Part shown: positions 38,197 through 48,248 of the stretch, one piece after another
Numbering within the stretch: position 1 is the first letter of the stretch
How the letters are laid out: each line of letters opens with the position of its first letter
DNA from: Ranitomeya imitator
Taxonomy: Eukaryota
Length of the DNA: 64,000 nucleotides
Direction of reading: 5' to 3'
Assembly: GCF_032444005.1 (NCBI RefSeq)
Contig: NC_091284.1
Span: 838,736,001 to 838,800,000 of the forward strand
Translations under genes and position numbers: made by a program
The notes under the pieces: generated by a model
Told to the model about the DNA's origin: nothing
What the model saw: only the letters and a program-made list of their open reading frames with translations
Databases searched by the model: none

Positions 38197-40097
38197 GATG
38201 AAATTTTGTTTCTGACCAAATACTTATTTTCCACCATAATATGCAAATAAAATGATAAAAAAGCAGACAATGTGATTTTCTGGATTTTTTTTCTCAGTTT
38301 GTCTCCCATAGTTGAGGTCTACCTATGATGTAAATTACAGACGCCTCTCATCTTTTTAACCCCTTTCTGCCATCAGACGTACTATTGCGTCCATGGGGGG
38401 TGGGCCCTACTTCCCAAGGACGCAATAGTACGTCATATGCGATCGGCAGCGCTCACGGGGGGAGCGGCGCCGATCGCGGCCGGGTGTCAGCTGCCTATCG
38501 CAGCTGACATCCGGCACTATGTGCCAGGAGCGGTCACGGACCGCCCCCGGCACATTAACCCCCGGCACACCGCGATCAAAGATGATCGCGATGTGCCGGC
38601 GGTGCAGGGAAGCACCGCGCAGGGAGGGGGGCTCCCTGCGGGCTTCCCTGAGACCCCCGCAGCAACGCGATGTAATCGCGTTGCTGCGAGGGTCTTGCCG
38701 CCCTCCCTCCCTGCTCCAGGTCCCGGATCCAAGATGGCCGCGGATCCGGGTCCTGCAGGGAGGGAGGTGGCTTCACAGAGCCTGCTCAGAGCAGGCACTG
38801 TGAAGCCTGCACTGCTGCATGTCAGATCAGTGATCTGACAGAGTGCTGTGCAAACTGTCAGATCACTGATCTGTGATGTCCCCCCCTGGGACAAAGTAAA
38901 AAAGTAAAAAAAAAATTTTCCAAATGTGTAAAAAAAATTAAAAAAAAATATTCCTAAATAATGAAAAAAAAAAAAAAATATTCCCATAAATACATTTCTT
39001 CATCTAAATAAAAAAAAAAAAAAACAATAAAAGTACACATATTTAGTATCGCCGCGTCCGTATCGACTCGCCCTATAAAACTGGCACACTAGTTAACCCC
39101 TTCAGTAAACACCGTAAGAAAAAAAAAAAAAAAAACGAGGCAAAAAACGACACTTTATTATCATACCGCCGAACAAAAAGTGGAATAACACGTGATCAAA
39201 AAGACAGATATAAACAACCATGGTACCGCTGAAAGCGTCATCTTGTCCCGCAAAAAACGAGCCACCATACAGCATCATCAGCAAAAAAATGAAAAAGTTA
39301 TAGTCCTGAGAATAAAGCGATGCCAAAATAATTATTTTTTCTATAAAATAGTTTTTATCGTATAAAAGCGCCAAAACATAAAAAAATGATATAAATGAGA
39401 TGTCGCTGTAATCATACTGACCCGAAGAATAAAACTGCTTTATCAATTTTACCAAACGCGGAACGGTATAAACGCCTCCCCCAAAAGAAATTCATGAATA
39501 GCTGGTTTTTGGTCATTCTGTCTCACAAAAATCGGAATAAAAAGCGATCAAAAAATGTCACGTGCCCGAAAATGTTACCAATAAAAACGTCAACTCGTCG
39601 CGTAAAAAACAAGACCTCACATGACTGTGTGGACCAAAATATGGAAAAATTATAGCTCTCAAAATGTGGTAACGCAAAAAATATTTTTTGCAATAAAAAG
39701 CGTCTTTCAGTGTGTGACGGCTGCCAATCATAAAAATCCGCTAAAAAACCCGCTATAAAAGTAAATCAAACCCCCCTTCATCACCCCCTTAGTTAGGGAA
39801 AAATAAAAAAATGTATTTATTTCCATTTTNNNNNNNNNNNNNNNNNNNNNNNNNNNNNNNNNNNNNNNNNNNNNNNNNNNNNNNNNNNNNNNNNNNNNNN
39901 NNNNNNNNNNNNNNNNNNNNNNNNNNNNNNNNNNNNNNNNNNNNNNNNNNNNNNNNNNNNNNNNNNNNNNNNNNNNNNNNNNNNNNNNNNNNNNNNNNNN
40001 NNNNNNNNNNNNNNNNNNNNNNNNNNNNNNNNNNNNNNNNNNNNNNNNNNNNNNNNNNNNNNNNNNNNNNNNNNNNNNNNNNNNNNNNNNNNNNNNN

Positions 40098-40260
40098 TTA
40101 GGGTTGGGGCTAAAGTTACAGTTAGGGTTTAGATTACATTTACAGTTGGGAATAGGGTTGGGATTAGGGTTAGGGGTGTGTCAGGGTTAGAGGTGTGGTT
40201 AGGGTTACCGTTGGAATTAGGGTTAGGGGAGTGTTTGGATTAGGGTTTCAGTTATAATTG
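40098..40260 (+). repeat. Degenerate (TTAGGG)n-like tract inside the piggyBac-like element
   Basis: Repeated TTAGGG/TTAGGGG variants directly after an N gap. Confidence 0.7.
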
Positions 40261-42480
40261 GGGGGTTTCCACTGTTTAGGCACATCAGGGGCTCTCCAAA
40301 AGCGACATGGCGTCCGATCTCAATTCCAGCCAATTCTGCGTTGAAAAAGTAAAACAGTGCTTCTTTCCTTCCGAGCTCACCCGTGTGCCCAAACAGGGGT
40401 TTACCCCAACATATGGGGTATCAGCGTACTCAGGACAAATAGGACAACAACTGTTGGGGTCCAATTTCTCCTGTTACCCTTGGGAAAATACAAAACTGGG
40501 GGCTAAAAAATAATTTTTGTGGGAAAAAAAAGATTTTTTATTTTTACGGCTCTGCGTTATAAACTGTAGTGAAACACTTGGGGTTCAAAGTTCTCACAAC
40601 ACATCTAGATAAGTTCCCGGGGGGGTCTAGTTTCCAATATGGGGTCACTTGTGGGGGGTTTCTACTGTTTAGGTACATTAGGGGCTCTGCAAACGCAATG
40701 TGACGCCTGCAGACCATTCCATCTAAGTCTGCATTCAAATGGCACTCCTTCCCTTCCGAGCCCTCCCATGCGCCCAAACAGTGGTTTCCCCCCACATATG
40801 GGGTATCAGCGCACTCAGGACAAATTGGACAACACATTTTTGGGTCCAATTTCTCCTGTTACCCTCGGGAAAATACAAAACTGGGGGCTAAAAAATAATT
40901 TTTGTGGGAAAAAAATTTTGTTTTATTTTTACGGCTCTCCATTATAAACCTCTGTGAAGCCCTTGGTGGGTCAAAGCGCTCACCACACATCTAGATAAGT
41001 TCCTTAGGGGGTCTACTTTCCAAAATGGTGTCACTTGTGGGGGGTTTCTACTGTTTAGGTACATTAGGGGCTCTGCAAACGCAATGTGACGCCTGCAGAC
41101 CATTCCATCTAAGTCTGCATTCAAATGGCACTCCTTCCCTTCCGAGCCCTCCCATGCGCCCAAACAGTGGTTTCCCCCCACATATGGGGTATCAGCGCAC
41201 TCAGGACAAATTGGACAACACATTTTTGGGTCCAATTTCTCATGTTACCCTCGGGAAAATACAAAACTGGGGGCTAAAAAATAATTTTTGTGGGAAAAAA
41301 TTTTTGTTTTATTTTTACGGCTCTCCATTATAAACCTCTGTGAAGCCCTTGGTGGGTCAAAGCGCTCACCACACATCTAGATAAGTTCCTTAGGGGGTCT
41401 ACTTTCCAAAATGGTGTCACTTGTGAGTGGTTTCTACTATTTAGGTACATTAGGGGCTCTGCAAACGCAACATGGCGTCTCATCTCAATTCCTGTTAATT
41501 TTGCATTGAAAAGTCAAACGGCGCTCCTTCCTTTCCGAGCTCTCCCATCCGCCCAAACAGTGGTTTACCCCCACATATGGGGTATCAGCGCACTCAGGAC
41601 AAATTGTACAACAACTATTGGGGTCCAATTTCTTCTCTTACCCTTGGAAAAATAAAAAATTGGGGGCGAAAAGATAATTTTTGTGAAAAAATATGATTTT
41701 TTTATTTTTACGGTTCTGCATTATAAACTTCTGTGAAGCACTGGGTGGGTCAAAGTGCTCACCACACCTCTAGATAAGTTCCTTAGGGGGTCTACTTTCC
41801 AAAATGGTGTCACTTGTGGGGGGTTTCAATGTTTAGGCACATCAGTGGCTTTCCAAACGCAACATGGCATCCCATCTCAATTCCTGTCAATTTTGCATTG
41901 AAAAGTCAAACGGCGCTCCTTCCCTTCCGAGCTCTCCCATCCGCCCAAACAGTGGTTTACCCCCACATATGGGATATCAGCTTACTCAGGACAAATTGTA
42001 CAACAACTATTGGGGTCCAATTTCTTCTCTTACCCTTGGAAAAATAAAAAATTGGGGGCGAAAAGATAATTTGTGTGAAAAAATATGATTTTTTATTTTT
42101 ACGGTTCTACATTATAAACTTCTGTGAAGCACTTGGTGGGTGAAAGAGCTCACCACACCTCTATATAAGTTCCTTAGGGGGTCTACTTTCCAAAATGGTG
42201 TCACTTGTGGGGGGTTTCAATGTTTAGGCACATCAGGGGCTCTCCAAACGAAACATGGTGTCCCATCTCAATTCCTGTCAATTTTGCATTGAAAAGTCAA
42301 ATGGCGCTCCTTCGCTTCCGAGCTGTGCCATGCGCCCAAACAGTGGTTTACCCCCACATGTGGGGTATTGGCGTACTCAGGACAAATTGTACAACAATGA
42401 TTGCAGTCCATTTTCTCCTGTTACCCTTGGTAAAATAAAACAAATTGGAGCTGAATTAAATTTTTTGTGAAAAAAAGTTA
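40260..42480. repeat. ~390-bp tandem repeat, about 5-6 diverged units
   Basis: GGGTCTACTTTCCAAAATGGTGTCACTTGTG recurs at ~386-391-bp spacing; duplicated ORFs 40639/41025 and 41814/42205. Confidence 0.9.
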
Positions 42481-43137
42481 AATGTTCATTTTTATTTAAA
42501 CATTCAAAAAATTCCTGTGAAGCACCAGAAGGGTTAATAAACTTCTTGAATGTGGTTTTAAGCACCTTGAGGGGTGTAGTTTTTAGAATGGTGTCACACT
42601 TGGGTATTTTCTATCATATAGACCCCTCAAAATGACTTCAAATGAGATGTGGTCCCTAAAAAAAAAAATGGTGTTGTAGAAATGAGAAATTGCTGGTCAA
42701 ATTTTCACCCTTATAACTCCCTAAGAAAAAAAAATTTTGGTTCCAAAATTGTGCTGATGTAAAGTAGACATGTGGGAAATGTTACTTATTAAGTATTTTG
42801 TGTGACATATATCTGTGATTTAATTGCATAAAAATTCAAAGTTGGAAAATTGCGAAATTTTCATAATTTTCGCCAAATTTCCGTTTTTTTCACAAATAAA
42901 CGCAGGTACTATCAAAGAATTTTTACCATTGTCATGAAGTACAATATGTCACGAGAAAACAATGTCAGATTCACTGGGATCCGTTGAAGCGTTCCAGAGT
43001 TATAACCTCATAAAGGGACAGTGGTCAGAATTGTAAAAATTGGCCCGGTCATTAACGTGCAAACCACCCTTGGGGGTAAAGGGGTTAAGTGGTGGAACTT
43101 GCACTATTGCTGACTGACTAAATACTTTTTTGCCCCA

Positions 43138-43188
<51 letters not shown>

Positions 43189-43616
43189 TCCGACTTCATA
43201 TGGCTCTATACACTTTTATTTTATTTTATTTTGATTGCTTACACCATCTACTTCTTTATCGACAGCTTCTTGTGTTCATTCCATATAGGCCACAGCCGGA
43301 CTACCTTACCTGACTACATATTACTTTATCCTTGTTCTTACATGACGTGTCACAAACAGTTCCTAAGGGTATGTTTATAAACCTCTTACCAGATCCCCCC
43401 GCCTGTAGAGATCTTATCCTCTATAAACCCAACCTCCTTTCTTTATACCCTTCGGGTTTACTATTGGTTGCAGGATCATTAGAACCTTTTTCCTCCTTCT
43501 ACATGATATGACATGGGTTCCAGTTCCTATATCTTCCTTGTAAATAGTCTTGTATATATAGTTTTATTACTATGTATATGTTATGTTCATACACTGTTTT
43601 TTTTTATCTCTTTGTT

Positions 43617-43670
43617 ACAGCACCATTTGTGAACAAGGCCACTGAGTGGCCGAAACGTTAAACTTGTTGC
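43617..43670 (+). ncRNA. Minimal hammerhead ribozyme motif with G3:C8 variant core (right-arm copy)
   Basis: TTT-GTGAACA-A-GGCCAC-tga-GTGGCC-GAAAC-GTT-AAA; same layout as the canonical motif at 57495. Confidence 0.55.
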
Positions 43671-44099
43671 CTCACTGTTTTTGCCTTCACGTCTGCAATA
43701 AACTTTTTCACTTTAGAAAATTTGAACTTGATGAGTGCAGTGTTTTACTTTTTCTCCAGTAATTGAGGGTCTTTGGATCCCGTGCACTAGCACCATCGAG
43801 AAACTCTACCTATTTGTCGAGTGCTAGCTCTTTATCCTTTCAAGTCTTTGGTAAGGCTGCATGGACCAGGGCTCATCCCACTCAATGCCCGCACTCCTTC
43901 CACGTGGGCATAATACTATAATATAAGGTGAGGGTAAAACAGTTAATGTTTACTTTATCACTCATCACTGATTTAATTAAACTGTACTAATCCCAACTGC
44001 CATCTCAGGTGACCAAGACAAGATGGTAACCCTGGAAAAAGCACACAAATAAATGAGTTTCATATACAGTTGTACCTGCTGCTTTTCATTATCCATAGC

Positions 44100-44310
44100 T
44101 TTCAATGGGTGAAAAATGCTGAAAAAACGCTGAAAGAAGTGACATGCTCTATGTCCAAAAAAAACATGCAAAGCACAAAATACTGATGACAAAAAAAACA
44201 ATGAGAGTGCATGAGATTTCTGAAATCTCATAGGCTTTGCTGGTACTGTAAAATGCAACTGAAAATTAGCATTAAAAAATGCAGCAAAAAAGCCTGATGT
44301 GAACTTAGCC
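44100..44310. mobile_element. Partial Harbinger-like MITE (right end)
   Basis: Ends GTGAACTTAGCC|TAA; internal AGAAGTGACATG resembles the 5987 MITE. Left end not found. Confidence 0.4.
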
Positions 44311-44490
44311 TAAGTGTGTCCTAATAACAAGAGACTGGAAAATGAACTATCGGCTTCAAGGGAGTCGATCACCAGGACTGTGTCCGAAGAAAAGAGTTGT
44401 ATTGCACAGCCAGGGTGGTTCTCCCCAAGTACCTGTAACCTGAGAGAGAAAACAACTCTGTGGTACCGCTACACCTGTAGCCTCTAAAAA

Positions 44491-46875
44491 GGATCGATCA
44501 TCCCAGTCTTGACCTGTACCCGGGAAGCATCATATGTAGAAAGGTTCCTGGTCGGTCTGGACCTGTTCCCAGGTAGCATCATCTCTAGAAGGGATCCTGG
44601 TCTGGACATGTTCCCAGGAAACATCATCTCTAGAGTTGATCCTGGTTGGTCTGGACCTGTACCCAGGTAGCATCATCTCTAGAAGGGATTGCAGTCTGGA
44701 CCTGTATTTAGTAAGTGCCATCTCTTTACGGGATCAATCATCCCAGTCTGGACCTGTACCTAGAAAGTGTCATCTCAAGAAGAGATTGATCATCCTAGTC
44801 AGTCTGGACCTGTGCCTGGAACATGTCATCTCTAGAAGAAATTGATCATCCCAGTCTGGACCTGTCCCCAGGAAGAATATATACCAAGTCTGGACCTCTA
44901 CCTGGGAAGTTTAATCTCTAGAAGGGATCCTGGTTGGTCTGGACCTGTATTCAGGTAGCATCATCTCTAGAAGGTATCCCAGTCTGGACCTGTATCTGGC
45001 AAGTGTGATCTCTAGAAGAGATCGATCATCCTGGTCTGGACCTGTTTCTGGAAAGTGTCATCTCTAGAAGGGATTGATCATCCTAGTCATTCTGGACCTC
45101 TACCTGGGAAGTGTCATCTCTAGAAGGGATCCTGGTCTGGACCTGTACCTGGGAAGCATCATCTCTAGAAGCGATCTCAGTCTGGACCTCTACCTGGGAA
45201 GTGTCATCTCTAGAAGGGATCCTGGTCTGGACCTGTACCTGGGAAGTATCATCTCTAGAAGCGATCCCAGTCTGGACCTTTACCTGGGACGTACCATCTC
45301 TAAAAGAGATTCTGGTCTGGACCTGTACCTTGGAAGCATCATCTCTAGAAGGATCCCAGTCTAGACCTTTATCTGGAAAGTGTTATCTCTAGAAGGGATC
45401 CTGGTCTGGACATGTACCTGGGAAGCATCATCTCTAGAAGGGATCCCAGTCAGGACCTTTACCTGGGAAGTGTCATCTCTAGAAGGGATACCAGTCTGGA
45501 CCTATACCTGGGAAGTGTCATCTGTAGAAGGGATCCCAGTCTGGACCTTTACCTGGAAAGCATCTGACGTGCCCACAGGGCAGTGGGGAACTCGGTAACG
45601 GGTCCGGTCACAAAAGGAGATGTCACGGTGGCTTCTACCCGGTCCGTGGCCCTGGGCATCAATGTTAAAGGGGTTTACATGTTCAATGTTTGTCGTGATG
45701 TCACCTTGGGGAGTTCGGTCAATAGGGGGACCGATGCTGCATTAGAGGGGTCCCCTGGGGGATGTTGCGGCAGCCCAGATGTTACACTTCCCACAGGTGA
45801 AGAGGATTCCCAGGGGTCTTATGATGTGTGGCATAGATGGTGTAGCTGGTGAATAAATGGAGTAGACAAGTGATAAGTCTTTACCTGGTTTACTTGTGGG
45901 TGACAGGCCACAGTCCAGGGTACCAGGCACAGATGATGGTGGTCCGGCCGACTCTGAGGCAAATTAGAGTTCTTTTTTCTCAGTAGAGGTCCATGAGCCT
46001 TTCCTACTTGCGCCTTTCTAAGTGAGGTCCCTGCTGCTTTAAGCTTCCTACAAGATCCTCCAGTTTCCACTTGTCCTGGGACAGGTACTGCACGATGGAC
46101 AGCTTGAGCCTTTTAACAGGGACTCTCAGATGCCCTGGTCTCCTCAGGTGCTGCGTCTCAGGCGTGGTGTGGGCAGGTGACGTATAGTGTAGTGCCCTCC
46201 GGTTCTGCTCCATGTCCTAGAGTCCACGAAAGCCTCGGGCTCCCGGTACCCGGATTCTTGCGCTTCAGCTCCGAAGGTGCCCTGCCACAGTTCCTCTCTG
46301 AGCCCTGCCTCTCTCCTGTGCTCTTTCCCTTGCAACTGCTCCACATGCAACCCCTCAGGTCTTCCTCGTTCCAGAGGCTGCAGCGCCCTCGTGGCTGCCA
46401 GGCCTCTCTCTCTCTCCACTCAGTTCCAGACTTCCATCTTCTTCTGTGTCTCTGCCAGACTACTCTAGCTCCTCCTCCAGGTCAGGATCTTTATACAGGG
46501 AAGCTCCCCTGAATCCAAGTCTTGAGCTCCCCCTCCTGGCCTGGATTCAGAATGTGTTGCATGTGTGAGCCTTACCTGCTGAAGAGAACTCCTTTGCCTC
46601 TGAGCATGACATAACCTTCCCCGAAGGAAAAGCAACATCACTGCAGCAATCGGTAACCTGGGGTGCTGCACATCATCTCTAGAAAGGATCCCAATCTGGA
46701 CCTTTACCTGGGAAGTGTCATCTCTAGAAGGGATCCTGGTCTGGACCTTTACCTGGGAAGTGTCATCTGTAGAAGGGATCAATCATCCCAGTCTGGAACT
46801 GTACCCATGAAGTATCATCTCTAGAAGGGATCCCGTTCTGGGTCTACTATGTACCCAAGAAGTGTCATCTCTAGA
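44491..46875. repeat. ~45-bp minisatellite interrupted by a solo LTR
   Basis: GGATCCCAGTCTGGACCTGTACCTGGGAAGTGTCATCTCTAGAAG units at 44491-45564 and 46671-46875. Confidence 0.9.
45565..46670 (-). mobile_element. Solo LTR (1106 bp), same family as 2087/8019/15560
   Basis: TG...CA ends, 4-bp TSD CATC (45561-45564 / 46671-46674); reverse complement matches the 8019 start. Confidence 0.8.
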
Positions 46876-47044
46876 CAGATAATGTGCAAATATTATAAAA
46901 TGTCCCCTAATATATAATGCCACCGGAGCAATGAATATAATAAACCACTTCTGGTGATGTGTCTGTCCGCCCTTGGTTGATGGATTTTGTTGGCTCTCAT
47001 TGATGATGAGATGATCACAGTGGGTTCTGTATGGTCCTGTACAG

Positions 47045-47145
47045 ATGGTGCAGATGACCTAAGTGATCATTATCTGACTCAGCCATTGTTTTTCTTCCTG
47101 TCAGTAGATTTGCTCTCCGTCCTTTTGCTGATGTTCTCTACTTAG
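47045..47145 (+). CDS. Candidate terminal exon encoding a GPI-anchor-like C-terminal signal, possibly an ecto-ADP-ribosyltransferase (ART1-like)
   Basis: Acceptor ...GTCCTGTACAG; phase-1 reading (D)GADDLSDHYLTQPLFFFLSVDLLSVLLLMFST*; unique non-repeat sequence facing the CHRNA10 3' end. Gene identity is inferred from synteny only. Confidence 0.45.
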
Positions 47146-47590
47146 TTTGACCCAGTTAACAAGTGTTTTACTTGTGATGTTCTCCATGTATAATATTATC
47201 ACGCCAGCACTTTCTTATCGCTTTGGTATAAGCTCTTCTGCAGCTTTAAGCTGTGAGATAAGACAGAGCAAGGAAAATTCAGTCTGGAGATAGAAGACAA
47301 GGAGAGTGGAAGCCTTTTAAATTGTTAATTAGTTTGGACAACCCGGATAACACTTAATCTAAGGAGGTTTGTGAAGTTCAAGTGTGCGCAGGGAAAAGAC
47401 CTGAAACAGTGGAGGGAATTAACTCATAAAGAAGCAACTTTATAGGAAATTCATCATTTGCAGAAATATAACAAATTGCAAAAGCAAAATGTCCATTGTA
47501 ATTGGTTATTCAATAATTTATTTTTTATCCTATGTTTGTCTGATTTATTTATTACTTTTCTATTATTCTATTTATGCTACAATTCATCCT

Positions 47591-48248
47591 TGTCACGGTC
47601 CACTCCGTGCTGTCAACAATATGTCATGGATCCCAACAATATGTCAGGGATCCAGGGGAGGAAATCTTTATCGTTCCCACTACTCACACCAATTTGTCTC
47701 GAACTGGGGTTGTTTGGTTGCCCCCTGGTTCCTTCTGAAGGAGATTAATCTATATCCCAGTTCCGGTTTGGAACCTGCAGCTCTCTGGCGCCCCCTGACC
47801 CTCAGGTCTGATTAGGTACTGCACCTAGGGTAATTAGTCGCCAGAAAGGCTGCCTGCTATGCCCTGGCTATTGCGCTGACTGCAGCGAGGGCGATTTAAC
47901 TACTCCCACTCAAGCGGGAATAATAATTAACGCCGCCTTGTGGGCTGAGTAATGACATGCACTGCGCTTCCAACTATTTACATTTCTTGAGCCCCAAAGA
48001 CATTCCTGGGTCAGTAAGGGGAGGGGGAATGAGGGGCTTTATGGGATTAGTCATCTGCAGTTTAAAAGCCACACCCTGCTCACACATTAGAAGCAAGTTG
48101 CACAGTGTCTCTGCCATAGGGCTTTGATTGTGGTATGAGCTAAATCAGGGGGGAGAAAGGGGGGTCAAAGCTGCAGTGTGTGTGTAGAAAGCCATGTAAC
48201 CTTCTGAAACTAAACTCACAATATGACATTTTTGGCATTCTCGTGATA
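47591..48248 (-). mobile_element. 3' LTR of the Gmr1-like element
   Basis: TGTCACGG...CTCGTGATA ends; minus-strand polypurine tract AAAAGGGGGAGT directly adjacent (48249-48260). Confidence 0.6.

Larger units (their letters stand above)
38360..43084. mobile_element. piggyBac-like non-autonomous element
   Basis: TTAA|CCCCTTT...AAAGGGG|TTAA (TTAA at 38356-38359 and 43085-43088); removal restores the Tc1 right TIR; no transposase ORF. Confidence 0.85.
36808..43140 (+). mobile_element. Tc1 DNA transposon in a (TA)n tract, right TIR split by a 4.7-kb insertion
   Basis: CAGTGGGGCAAAAAAGTATTT...AAATACTTTTTTGCCCCACTG, ~200-bp TIRs, TA flanks. Confidence 0.95.
34484..43794 (+). mobile_element. Inverted second PLE arm (GIY-YIG half + 3' region), interrupted by Tc1 36808-43140
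   Basis: 34484-36770 and 43141-43753 are the reverse complement of 33018-30165 with few mismatches. Confidence 0.9.

Noticed and set aside
30165-43794. Palindrome as a long-read foldback artefact (N gaps at mirrored positions 31932-32071 and 35437-35582)
   Set aside because: The arms differ by substitutions, one arm has a Tc1 with proper TA flanks, and the tips diverge. The mirrored gaps probably mark the same hard-to-sequence tract. Read-level confirmation is still needed.
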